Positions 1 to 13,500 of a stretch of DNA of 64,000 bases are shown here, piece after piece. Origin of the DNA: Haplodiscus bocki (taxonomy: Eukaryota); the NCBI GenBank assembly GCA_965655095.1, contig OZ296650.1, forward strand, positions 91,264,001 to 91,328,000, written 5' to 3'. A program made the position numbers and the translations under genes. The first letter of the stretch is position 1. Each line of letters starts with the position of its first letter. The notes beneath the pieces are model-generated. The model had not been told where the DNA came from. It did not search any database and saw only the letters and a list, made by a program, of their open reading frames with translations.

Positions 1-1560
1 ACAAGGTTGGTACACGTCTTCGAGTACTGGCGAGTTCTAGTCCACTGTCAGGCAGGACTCCTGAATTATAGGTACCGAAAATTGTCCAGGACGCTTATGA
101 TGATGGCCTAGAACAAATGAAACCTCAACGATCTTTGCTAGTGCTTCTGGAGATTAGAAGTGCCTACGACAGGGTTTGGAAAAGTGCTCTGTATAAAAAG
201 ATGAACGATAGTCACGTCCCTACGTCTGATTAATGAGACAAAGTCCGTCCTCGATGATAGGAGCTCTCGGGTCCGACGGAAGAAAAAACACTGACCAAAA
301 GACGAGCGTTCCTTGACGACCTCCCCCGAGGGTCAGTACTAGCGCCTACCACTTGGTTGATCAACTGCATTTACCCTTCCGAGAACAATCGTGAGCAGAG
401 GCCCAACAGATGCAATCAGCTAATTTGCCGACGACACGGCGATTATTACCAAACGTTCCAGCATTGAACAGTGCAAGAACATGGTGCAATCGGCTTTCAA
501 TTCAGCACAGGACTGGTGCGACAGGTAGAAGGTTAGTATGAGCCCTGAAAAGTGCAACTACAGGATGTTCACGCTGCATCCAGCAGAAAGCAACAGTGAA
601 AAGCTAGTTAACCTCGCCCTCGAAGGCGCAGAAATCGACCACTACAAGAACCCATTCTTCTTCGGACTGAAGCCGGACGCGCACCTTATATATCACGAGC
701 ACTTGTTAGTTGCAGAAAAGTTACACCAGACGTAGAGCACTACAGGCAATTGCACACAAAAGCGCGGGTGCCAATCCAGCCAGCCTAAGAACCGCGTACC
801 TGACAACCACTAGAATGATTGCCGACTATGCAGCTGGCATCTGGTTGACCATGGCCGGAACCTCCACGAAGGACTTCATTCAAAGTTCGGAAAGTAATTG
901 TGCTAGGTTAAAAGGCTGCCTCCATCCAACCTGATGAAGACCTACCAGTTTGTGCAACCTCCCACCATTGCGAACACTATCCAAACAAATTGCTGCATGC
1001 CTGAGGGAAGGACTCGTGAGACTATACCCTCAGGTCCCAGTCCAGCAAACGGCCGAGACTGAGGTCTTGCCCAGGCTCTGCAGCAGAACCTACGAAGAAG
1101 TCGAAATGAAAGGTTAACGAAGCAGCAAGGTCACTGAGACACTTTCGGCGTTGCTGTTGGCAGACAGCTGGCATTGATCTTACGCCGACGGCGCTGAATA
1201 GAAAGCCAGGAGAATCACTAGCAACAACTAGGATCGGACCGTAGAGCTGACACAAAGAATGCACTGAAATCTGAATAGACTGCCGGAAAACCTGCCCCAA
1301 TCGGTTACTAGATAAAAACAAAAGAGCTAGAGCCAAAACGTTCCTCTCCAGCCTCCCACCAAGCGATGACACAGCATGGGCTGCGGGGTCTGTGAGCGAC
1401 AACAGTGGCCAAATGGGGTATTGTTCTAAGCACTCGATGTGAACCAAAAGCAACCAGACTCCAAGCAGCCACCGCTGAACTGAAGAAGGATAGCAAAGAA
1501 GCTGGTTTATTCCTGGGAACTTCGGCCAAACCAATGAACAGCTAGCTGGAATCCCGAAAA
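1..1560 (+). mobile_element. Degenerate non-LTR retrotransposon (I/Ingi-like) RT to RNase H fragment
   Basis: Interrupted frames give LLVLLEIRSAYDRVWKSALYKKM (~135-200), LPRGSVLAP (~320-345), FADDTAII (~425-450), NPFFFGLKPDAHL (ORF 538-735) and an RNase H-like start LPPSDDTAWAAGSV (~1350-1395). Many stops and frameshifts. Confidence 0.8.
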
Positions 1561-1599
1561 CGTTATCCCTCTCAACGCGAACGTTCTTTTAGGCGTACT

Positions 1600-2025
1600 T
1601 CACAATTGATAAAGTCCTAAATCCGACAAATGTTCACGCGGAACTGACTTTGAGTTTTTTATCGCAATTGTGTGGCAAGGTTGTAGAATGTGACTTAAAT
1701 GGGAAGATTTATCAAACATGTACAATTTTTGTTTTTTTTTATCTTGAAAAATTGTTTTTTTTTAAAAAAAAAACCTAATTTTTTTCCATATTTGCTATAG
1801 TTGGCAACTTAGCTGTAGAATGTTTCTCAAATGATGGTATCTCTTCAAAGTGTCTTTTCCACCCTAATTGTGAGGGTTTGTTGCAGAAAAATCGGAAGTT
1901 TTCTACTTTTGTGAAAGTTTGATGAAGGAAGTTTGTTGGAAAAAAACGCTTTTATCGTTTTATAATGCATCTTTAACAAAATTGGAGGGCGACAAAAAAT
2001 TTGCCGGTGATGGCCGGCCCTTTTC
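1600..2025 (+). mobile_element. Putative non-autonomous Helitron-like repeat
   Basis: Ends in the hairpin GCCGG-tgatgg-CCGGC (2003-2018), in a context similar to the terminus at 59640-59677. Internal GTAGAATGT motifs are shared with 53990-54240. Left boundary uncertain. Confidence 0.4.
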
Positions 2026-4324
2026 TTTGGAAGCGATGCTGGAAATGATAACGGTTGGCAAAAATATTGGCTAGTTACAAAGTTCGGCGACGGCGACTGA
2101 TCGATTTTCTGGTTTTATTGGACCAGGGATTCCATCCATTTAAGTTATTTTTCTTTCGGACTTGTGAACCGACGCGAGCAAGTTGTAGAGACCAGGATAT
2201 GTCACTATCATTCGCTTTACTTGCATAAAACACTTCAGACTCATAGATGGCCGGCCTGCTTCTCTTGCGTAGTTCCAAACACTGAATTATAACGGTGTTA
2301 ATGATGAATGGGCCCTTGACGCTGTCGAGAAGTTTTTTTACTGCCGGGTTTGAAGCTGTTGGGAATCAGTGCATTATATTGTTCGGACATTTCGCCTAGA
2401 TGTGTAGTCCAATACGTGCTGTTCTGTAATAATGCAACTCCAATGTGTAACAGTCATTTTCGGAGTTGAAAATCTCGAAAACTAAAAAACTATCCTAAAG
2501 TTCTAAAACAAAAGTTTCATGGATTTGTAGATAGTTTTCAAGTCTTCATTTGATAATTTTCCATCAATATCTAAGATGTTTAAAAATGCTACTTTCAGCA
2601 AAATTTGATTGTTTTTGCTGTTTTTTTTAGAATTTTGGTTCAATCAAAGGCTCAAAGAATGCATGCCAATCTCCGTTAAATGGTGATATAATTTCTTTGC
2701 AAAATTAACCTGGCATTTATTTTTTTTGTAGTTTAAGTCTTGAACAGTGGAATTAAGTGTACAAGTTGTTTGACGTGGCATTTGGGGCAAGTTCAGATTA
2801 TGTTACAATCAAATTATCAATAAATGTACTCCAATTGGCAAAAATGGAGGTCCTGTTGAAATTGGAGTCCCTAAAACATTTTCATTGAAAAACTTAGCCG
2901 TTCTGAACCTGTTTCTCTGACTTAGCATTTTCGCATATAGCATCTTTTTCTCCACTGAAAGTTTCTTGACTTGCAATGTTTGAGGAAGCTAGTTAGTTCA
3001 TTGTTGGTATTTCTTCTTTTTGAAAATGTTTCAGGTTGATGGCGAGTAATGCTACACATCTCCGATGTAGTGTTGAAACAAATAAATAGGTAAACAAGAG
3101 TTATATTGAAATGGGCCTGTTACAGTGCTCAGTTTTTCATATGGATTTACTTCCTTCATTTCCATGTGGAATCATGGTCTCTAGACATTTTTCTACGTTT
3201 GTAATTTTCAAAGTTTTTGTTTCCAAAATTTTTTATTGATTCATGACCTCGGCAGGAAGTATTCCAAAATTGTACCCAGCGAAAAGTTTTGCACAAATGG
3301 AGATGATGGATCCGAATGAAAAGCGAAGGCTGAATATTTGCGCTATCATCCTTAGTTTTGATCATTTAGTGGGTGAAATTGAAAAGAGGTCACATGACGG
3401 CTTTTGAATATTCTGATTAGCCTGAGCTTGCGGCTCGTGATACCACTGTTGATCAATGAGTGCATGCACGAATTCATGTAGATCAAAGGTACTTGTAATG
3501 TAATCCGAAATATCGTCATTTCAAAATTTAGCTTTTGGGATTTTTCATGTGTAATTCACCATTATGTACTATTTTGATGTCCATTTTTTCTTGATTCGCA
3601 TTCGTCATGTGTCGAATCTTTCTCCGGATTGGAGAATTTGAATAAAAATCATTGTCAACGACAGTCTGCTTTGCTTGACTTTATATTTTTCTGTTCCGTC
3701 TATTTCGATTTTTTGCTTATTTGCCTTATTTCCTATAGCTGAGCTGTATCCACGATTGAAAAGCATCTAGTTTTCTTATTCTCCCTATAACTGTCGTAAT
3801 ATTTTACTAAAAGTTGTATCCGTACAACTAGCTGAGAAACGTATTTATCGTATACTGTAATTTCTTCACATAAAATGCTTGTTTTTCATGAGCCAAATTT
3901 CATCCTTTCTATGACATTCAGTGTTAATTTTATCATATCAAAAAGTTGAGTAGTTTCTCAACCAATCGTGTCTTATTTGATCAAATATGCAAATCAGCCA
4001 GCCTAAGTATCTTTTATTGCAAAATTGCTGTGGAATGAGGGATTCACGTGGTTTTCCATTTCAAAATCAAAGGGCTTAAGCTTCATATTTTGAAGTTTGT
4101 TCAAGTGTTCGTTGAAGTTGCAAAGTTCACTTTCAACCGTCTCGTTCAATAATGAACATGGACGTTCCGAGATCTGATTCTAAGAGAAACTCGAGAGATC
4201 GAAATCGATAAGGCAGCGATGATCAAGTCTTTGCTCAAAAATGAGAGTTCGTCTTTCTCTTCATTTTGTGCCATCGGGTTTTTTTGTTTTCCTGACTTCA
4301 AAACAGCGTTTGCTGATTGTTTAG

Positions 4325-4516
4325 GTTGTGTACGGAAGATGGTTGGTGGATGGGTACCCCAGAGTGGTGCTATTTGATATTAGCAGCCAAGCGTGGAGAG
4401 TGGAACAATGGAAGAGCGATTTCTACAATGCATGTCACATTGGTGTGCCCTACTACGACAAAGAGGCCATGGATTCTCTAGTGTTTGGCTCACTCGTCAC
4501 TTGGTTTATCGGAGAG
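4325..4516 (+). CDS. GYS: Glycogen synthase exon (visible exon 1, 192 nt)
   Basis: tttag|GTTGTG...GGAGAG|gtgaga; encodes [18 protein letters not shown]...LVTWFIGE. Confidence 0.95.
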
Positions 4517-7500
4517 GTGAGATGGACCAAATATACTCATTAAACTGTCATTTCATCCATTCACTATTTATTTATGTAAGCTGTGTAAAGACAGCCGAAT
4601 TGTCGGCCCAATCGACTATCCGGCCGCTTTTCGGGAAAATTCTTGGATCCGGTGCTGGTCGATATGTGCACGTACCCCGTTCTGAAAATTTTTTCAAGTT
4701 CTGATATTTAACGCTGTCAGTTATCAGACCAGAGGAATTTTTAGTGCATAAAAACTTCTAATTTTGTGTGATGGAATGAAATTAATGTACATAAATCCGA
4801 AAATATAGGGTCCTTTGATTCGCCAACTAATGGTAATAAACTCGATTCCAATGAGCATTAAATCCTATTAGACTTAATCAAAAACAAATCTTACGACATC
4901 AAAAGTACTCAATATAGAAGCTGTTTTTTTGAGAAACTACCTGTCTACAAAATGAATCCATTTTCTGGATAGTGACCAATTCACTGCTTTTTCAACAGTC
5001 ATCATCTGTAGACTTTGCCAATCTCACATTCAAGAGAAGGCTGGACAGACTGTCCTCAATTTTGAAAATTACTCCCTTCCATGCAAACATGTACATTTTA
5101 TATGTTTTTTTTGTTGCAATTGGCTGGAACTTGTAGAATTGATATCTCTCGTGCCTGCTAATTAGAAGTGTGATTAGCATTGTTAGCAAAAATGCCGATG
5201 ACAGATATGCCATTAGCCGCAGACATTATTGAAAATATTTTGAGGTAGGTTTTTGCTCTTGCAGAAATCGAAGTGGCAAGGAAGAAAGAAAAAGAAGAAA
5301 TTTTATTTCTCTAAGCGAACAGATTTATTAATTAATCCATATCAAATTTGCATCAAGGAGAAGCTTGGAGAGGACAACAATCGAAATCATTCGATTCACA
5401 GATACTTGCCCTTGAAGGTTTGGAGGGAGTTTACGTTGCATAAAATCAAGGAACTATATGCTTCCACAAATATTTTTCATTATAATTTCATGTTGTGCAC
5501 TTTTTGTGTGTTTTTTGGATGAACTTTTAGTCCTATTTCTGCACGACGTTTGTTCATCTTGCTGAAATACCCTTCGGATTACATTGGTACTTAACTGTCT
5601 TGTAGTATACTCCTGTCCTTGGAAATTACAGAAAAATTGAACCAATTTTCAGAAATTTCGGAAGCCATCCCTTGCACTTCTGCATCAAATGTTCTAAGTT
5701 TGCCATAAACCCCTCATTCTCAAACTAGTCAAGTAGGATGAGCTGCTGATATTCTCCAGATATCTCTTTAGCGTGTGAAACACTACTTAGTATCATTACA
5801 GGGCAGAGGTCAGGCTAACTGGCAACGCGAAAGCTGAGTTAATGTAGCTCCACGGCTTGACATATTATCTTTATTAAGACGGCCAATGAACGTTGAACGT
5901 GTTCATTGAAACACACACCTGACAAGCTTGTTATTTCGTAATATGAAACTCGCTATTACGATTTAAAAAATCAGCAAGCTGTTCCGGAGGTAAGGAGTGC
6001 TCATTGAAAAAATTATCATTAGAGATTATTGAAGAACTTCAGACGTCTTGAATGAATCGGGTAACGTTGTATTATGACCTTTCTGGCATTTTGTCTGAGA
6101 AAATTTTTACTACAGCTCCTTGTGTTATGTGAAGACTTAGTAAAAACGAATTGTTCAAGCAGTCACTATGCAAGTTATTGATTTACTTCAAGACAACTTT
6201 GAGAACTTCATATACATATAACTTATACACAGATAAAATGCCCTATATCATTAGCTCATCCTATGCACTGAAAAACCTTTTTAGGATGCAATTGGGCTAA
6301 CTATTTTTCTTTGTAACTTCAAAGTTGGTAATAAGCTAGTTAGCTGCAGCAACCATAAATAAGTACACCATATTGAGTAGTCGGCTGAATATTTGTTTCA
6401 TGGAAAAGTATCGATTGATTTCGCTGCACACATTGTGGCAGTTTAGATACAACTCCGGATTGTCTTCAAGCTTCTCGAGAACGTTTATTTGTGAATTAAA
6501 ACGATGTTCAAAGTCCACATACACGCCCAAATGTTTAGATATTTGCTCACTCTCAATTTGTATTCCATCAATCTCCAAATTTGAGACTGTCTTAGTGATG
6601 ATCTTCACCTGCTCTGTCTTTTCTAAATTGTGGGTCAGGTGGTTACTTTTTAGGCAGTTTCCAATGGAATCCAGGTCTTTTCGAATCTCTTGTTATCAAT
6701 TGCAGTAATAGTAGTTTCGTGTGCAAAGAGATTTATCTCGGAATTTCTACACACTGAAGGTAAATCATTTATGTGAATAGGAAACAAAATTGAGCCCTCT
6801 GGAACTCTAGACACCACATTTCTTTTAGATGAAGTTGAATTGTTTACTTTCACGTAGTGAGTGCGTTTTGATAAGTAATTTTTGAAGCGATCAATACAAA
6901 ACAACCTCACACCGTAGTTATAGAGAATCTGAAAATCAAAGGTATCAAACCTTTTTCATGAGATCTAGAAAAATATATACTGCTCGCTGAGAAGGCTTAT
7001 GCCGAATTTCCTCCGTAAATTCTGCCAATGCATCGATTGTACTGTTTTTTCTTAAACCAAACTGATTTGTATAAACTGTTCGAAGAAAAAAGAAAATCTG
7101 GTGTGTATAGCACGCTCAAAAACTTTGCTTCATATTGGTAATAGAAAAATAGGTCTATACTTTTGACAGTCTTGGGAACCATTTTTCTGCAGTGGTTTTA
7201 CCTTTGCACATTCCAAATTGTTGAGGAAAACCCCGTTTTTGAAAGAAAGATTTATAAAGTCGGCCAGGAGCGCAAATGTCGTTGGTGCAGTTGCTTTCTT
7301 TGAGATTTGCTTGCAGAGCCCGGTGAAGATTTATTTCGAGAGAAGTTAAATTTTCGAGAGAACGCATGGGAGCGTAATGACTCAGAAGATCACAAAGAAT
7401 TGATTACCTTCTGTCTTTTTGTCTATTACACAACTATAGGGATTTAATTTCGTAATTCGACTTGTTGTGTCAATCAGATTACATCAACATTGCAGGACTA

Positions 7501-10500
7501 GCAGGCTGGGAAAGGCCAAATGGCTGCTTCCCGTAAAGTTGCAAAGTGTTGTGGGAAGACACTATTGTTTTCCAAAAATTCTGGTACCTAAGGAGTCTCA
7601 TGGTTATTTAAAAGTCACTATCGTTAACAGAGCACTTTTTCTGCAAAACGTCGACTAAAAACAATGAATGTAGAGTGTTGTATTGGGGTCAAAAATAGGC
7701 AGCGACTAAATCAGAAGATAGCTTTAGCTGGAAACATGAATTCAGTGTTGCCTTCTTCGCGGCGCATTCTTGCGTGAAAGTGCTTTTGTTTTCGAAAACA
7801 CAGTTCAACGTCTTTTCACGGAATAGAACTTTGAAATAAGTTTGGACCCAATTTACACTATTTTGAATATCTTATCTACATTTTTGAACACCGGTTGTTC
7901 GATCGTTCTATTTTAAATGTTTTTATGCTCAAGAAAATTTGTTCATAGAAAAATTATTGGCTCTTTGATACTGTCTACTGTAATTTAAAGTTTTTTTCAA
8001 TGTGTCTTGTAACCGCATTTTATGATCATTAGTTTTGACTTGTGTTCAATGGACCACGCATCAGTTGCAAAGTGTTGGAATAGCATTGATTTATGTTATT
8101 GGTAAACCGAGATGCTCGAAGGCGACTAATGCGAACAGTCGGTAATTGATTTCAAATATCGAGAATAAAGTGTAGAAAAGTCGACAGTGTTTCATACATC
8201 AGAGAATCCGTTGAATCTGTATCACGGTTGGAGCAAGTTCACAATCTCCACCACATGCTCATGACGTTGGAATTGAAATTGACTGCGGCAGTTGAACCAA
8301 TCATATTTAAGCAGTTTACATGCCCGCGCATCTTCGAACCAGTTTTATCAAAACTCATTGAGACAAATAAGTACGAAATATTTAATTCTTCGAAAGCCCT
8401 CACGTATCTCCGAGCGTAGCGAGGGCACAGGTACCGCCGGCGCATCACGGACAATGTCGACGTGCCGAAGGCAACGGTTTCGATACTAATCAGTATTCTC
8501 ATTCTTTAAAGTATAGGCGTAATTGGCATACCGACAACTCATAGCAGGTGCAAACTCATTTGATCTAAGAAAAGCCACAACTTATAATCAATTGCAATTG
8601 AACTACACAACAATAGCAATCAATTCAATTGGCACTAACAATTTGAAAAAATCAAAATGGTTTGCGATTCCTTCAACAAAATGCTGTTTGTTGTTCTGAT
8701 GATTGTCCAATTTATTCCATCACTTGTTGCTCTGCACATAATTAGAATCCCTGCACATTGATTGATTTTCTAGCCCTGAGTTCTGGCTATTTTCACTTCA
8801 GTCGAGCTTTGCTCGCGGCATAGAAAAACCAGCTATTTTTCTAAAGCCGGATGTGCGAATCGCTTGCGGTGCTGGAAAGCTCGGTGCCAGCCCTATGCGG
8901 AATTGTTTTTTCTGGGAACCAGAGTGACTTTTTCGAAGTATATTCAGAACTCTCAAGGGGATGAGTGATGGGTTAAGACCTTTGAGGACAGTGAAAGCGT
9001 TTTCCTACAAGAGAATGTTCTTGCTCGTGGACAGCATGAACTCCAAGGGCACTGTGTGATGAATGTAAATTGCGTCTGTGTATAGTGTATACCTGATAAA
9101 TCAGCAAAGATGTCTTATGATTTTGTGGCGGCAGGATTTTTCCGCACGTGGCGAGTCGTAACACTTTTTTTCTGTGGTTTCGTCTTTAATTTTTAATTTT
9201 AAGTAGCTCGGTAAAAACTGAAAGCGCACTTGTAACTGATTTTGTTCCCCTTCTCCGGAAAAAGTTTAATCGAGGGTTTTTGTAGAAATCATTGCTTGTA
9301 CTTTTTCGAAATTTCTGGGAAAAACCAAAACAGAGAATTGAAGACCCACATGATACACAATTGAAAAACCAATTGTTTTTATCAGAAAAGTCTTCCTATT
9401 AAGCGGGCCACTCCAGCTTACTACGATTGAAGTATCTTTGTCTGCACGTTTACAACTCCCTTAGTTATTCATATTTGCTTTTTTGGCTTACAGTGTACCC
9501 TTTCCCTGCTGGTTGAGAAAGCTTGATATGCTTGTGGAAGTCCCTCAAATTCTAGTAAAATGTCTTTTTGCTGTTTTAATGTAGGAACAGATTGGATCCC
9601 TGAAATTGCCTGAGCTTTTTTTGAAACGGATTTTTTTTGAATAATTATTGCGTAGATTGTGATCACCCACTTAAAGTTCAGCTATTCTCGGTTGGGACAA
9701 CTCCCCGGTGGTCACGGATCTCCTTTTTCATCAAATGATAAGAGTTATGGCTTGGTTATTAAGTTTTTAAACAGAATTATTTTTTATTGTAATTTTCCTG
9801 AACACTATTGTTTGGTTTGCAACTCTCGCCTTTACATGCAACTTTTTGGTATTGTGAAACTTGGCTGAAAGTTACTGACATTCTTATCGATAGTCAATCT
9901 GGAAAGATGTCAATTTAATCGTGGGATTTTCGAATGTCATTGATTGCGTTTTCCAAAGATTTTTTTGTAAGAATAACGATCGGATAATGGTTCAATCTTG
10001 TTGGCTGTTTTGCGGAGCTCTCTTTCGTGTCTGTATTACACCCCCAACTAGCAGATAGTATGGATTAGGATCGTTAACCTTTTTCCCTCCGTCCATAACT
10101 TGCATCGGCGGGTCAGTTGGTCAGTAATACACTACTGGAAATTCGACGGGAAACTCACTTCGCTTCCTGTTCAGTCTTCTTTGCAAGCGGGTGATTGAAA
10201 AAAGAATCAACCGCTGAGCAGCGATTTACTCAGCGCAGTTGCTTGTGTATCTTCAATAGTTGTGTGGAATATTTTGCAAAAATTGACTGTAGAATTTATG
10301 GGTAAATGTTTTTCGTAAACATCTGTATTCCAGATTGTTTTCATCCACTGGTCATACAAAAACATGCAAATCCGGGAATCTGCAGAAATGGAGTGACGTC
10401 CCATTTTTATAAATCTTTTCACGTCTTGAGTTCTATTTGGAATTTGGAAAATCTCTCACCTGCGTGATCTTTCGAAGTTTTTTTCTGGACGACTAACTGT

Positions 10501-13500
10501 TAGCTCGCACTCTTTCAGTGCTCATTAAGAAGCCTGGAATATAGGGAATTTTTGGAGAACTCGGTATGTGCCTTGTCATACCTTCCATGCGAAGTTTCTT
10601 GTATTTCAACGTTCGAATTTTTTTAGTTGCTAGTTTTTCAAAGTTGACTACCGTATGCATTACGATTATCCAGTGCTAATACAAAAAATGGTTGTTATGG
10701 TGAAACCTCTGGAAAAGCCGGAAGTGCTGTCTCAGACCTTTCCCCGCGAAATTTTCTGCCCTGTGATTGATAATTTTAAAATTTTTCTACTTGCGTCTTT
10801 TTCAAAGTTGTTCTCGGGTTGAAATGTCGTCTTTTCAAGCTGACTCGAAGGCTTTTTCCACTACTTTGAGGACCGAAGATTCACGATGCATGATTTCGAT
10901 GCGAAACAGTTTGTATTTGAATTCGAGTCGAAACTCGATTTTTTTTCACCTTGGACCTTTTTTGAAGCGTGTTTTTTCTCGGAGACCGTCGTTTGGACTG
11001 CGGCCAGCCACTGTTCCCTGAGATGGTTGAAATATCGAAAATCAGAATAGAAGCAGGCATGCTATTCTATACGTTTGATACTTATCGCACAACTATTTTG
11101 AATTGTTCTCTGAGATTCAATTTTTTTTGCGTCGTTTCTCCAATTTGCTGCCGCAAATGCTTAATTTGAATCCTGATAAGTAGGGGTATTTCAGAAGGAC
11201 TGTATTTTTCGTTTCCTTCTGGCTGCAAACTTTTTCTATATAGACTCAAGAAAAACTCGAGAATTAGTTGTGTTATCGTCGGTTGGCAATTAGTCGATGC
11301 TTTTAAAAGCAATTGTTTTTAAAATGGTTTACTGTCTGAAAATTACTAAAGTTCTTTCCTTTTTCTGGCAATTAGGACAACATGCCTGTGATTTGTTGGT
11401 TCAATTTCTTCATCCTTGTGCAATTGTGATCTTGAAACTTAGAAAATGTGATTAATGTGTAACGGATTTCTTTTTCTTTACTCATTCTGAGTTCAAGGAA
11501 GAAAATGTGTTTTGGAAACCGGTCTATATTTACTTGTTTTATCTTGTCCATAACTTGTATTTTTGTACGTCAGCAGAGAGTGTAGTCATATAGTGTAGAT
11601 AGTCAAAAGCTGCCTGTTTTTTGGTAGGTACTTTTTCATTTTCGCGTTTGTTACTGTGCTAACTTCTAAATATTGGGCAGCAACATGCTGTAACCTGAAA
11701 AGACGTTGTTGATATTTCAATTTCTCGAATGAGAAAGTTTGACTGTTACTTGTTCTTTTTCGCGTTTTTTTACTTGGAACTTTGTCAAAATTGGGTGGCA
11801 AATTGGTGTAACCTGAAAAGACATGATTGATATATGAATTTCTTGATTATGGGACCCTGTGACAAGTACTTCTCTCCATTTGTCTTTTTCGAAACTCCTT
11901 GATTGACAGCTGTTGTGGTATATCTAAAAGTGTCTATCACATCTATCGTAGTTTCAAATGTTTTTTGGGATCCGTTATTGCAACTGACAAATCAGAATGT
12001 TGTGCTCCGTCTAAAATGATTGTGGAAGATTTCGAGTTTCCCTATTGAACCAAAAAGGTCCTTACCGTTAAGAATAACTCATTCTAAGTTTCATCTCAAA
12101 CAATTTTTAATTGCTTAATATACAGTGCATAAGTGGAACCTCCGGTACGGGTGCAAATATTTATGGTGAGGTACAGTGATTGTTTTGTCGAAAGTGAATG
12201 TCAACTTTATATTTGAAAAGGAACGTCGATGGATGCCCTGGACTTCAATTTTAATTACTTATTACTTACTATAATTATTATAATTTATAATTATTATTAC
12301 TTCAATTTTTGTCATGCGATTTCTTTCAGTTCAAAGCTCAGAGTAAACTGGACCCAGATAATAAGGGAAACTCTGTAGTGATTGCGCAGTTCCATGAATG
12401 GCTAGCTGGAGCAGCTGTTGTGTTATGTAGAACTCGACCTGTCGAATGTGCCACTGTCTTCACCACGCATGCAACCCTTTTGGGACGATATCTCTGTGCC
12501 GGCAAATGCGACTTCTATAACAATTTACCAAATGCAAGTCAAACCCAACCACCATTTTTTGTTTCCTGTTTTTCTTGCAAAAATCCAAATATGGCTTGCT
12601 TTATGCCAAAATCGTTCCGCTTAATGTACACGTAATTCGTGAACTTTTCGAATCTTAGGGCTGTTTATGGGACCCTTTATGGTTCTGACCGGAACCGTAT
12701 TATTGGAATACGATCCGGCCAGAACTATTTCAAACTGACCGCGCTGTCAATGGCATTAAAAGAAATGCTGCCTAGTTTACAAAAAGGGAAACATCAACAG
12801 AAACCATTGCTACTTTGTCGTCTTGAAGCAAAGTGCTGCTGTTTCTGTAACACAGCTTCATGTGCATTTAGAAGGGTGTTTTTCGGTTGAACATTGAAGC
12901 TTAGAGTTCAAATCAACGGTACAACTTTAGGATATTGCATGTTTTTAGAAATCCGGCCAGAACTCCGGTACAGCCTTTTCCTACTGCCAAAACACTATAT
13001 ATTCTTTGAGGGTTCAATTTCACCTCTCTATACCGAAATTTCACTGTGCCGAAATAAATGGGAAATATTTATTCCAGATAATTGCAATAAGGAAGCAAAT
13101 TCTAAGCGCAATTTTTTCTGGTCAGTGTTGAAAACAGTTGGTTTATTATCTCCTTGTTTGCTGCTTTTCGAGCGTTGTTTTCCAGCGTGCATTTTGTGAG
13201 TGCTAATCATTGACTGAACCAGAAGGATGAATTGTTTCAGTTCGACGTAGACAAAGAAGCCGGTGATCGTCAAATCTATCATAGATACTGCATTGAAAGA
13301 GCTGCCGCTCATGCTGCCCATGTATTCACAACTGTCTCCGATGTCACTGGTTTGGAAGCACACCATCTACTAAAACGAAAACCTGGTCAGACAGCATTTT
13401 TCGTGCTCCGTTAAATCTGTTCAATTAGAAATTACTTCCAAAACTTTTTCCATAGCTGAAGGTCTAGAGTTGGTTTTTGAAGTGAAAAAATTCAAATAAG

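Noticed and set aside
1022-1534. 170-aa minus-strand ORF
   Set aside because: Antisense shadow of the decayed LINE; no motifs.
2050-4300. Upstream GYS exons (KVGGIYTV region) or another gene
   Set aside because: No GYS N-terminal motif found; only short broken frames, probably old transposon debris.
9030-9100. [13 protein letters not shown] as a Tpt1/ADP-ribosyltransferase-like motif
   Set aside because: A single short word without supporting motifs.
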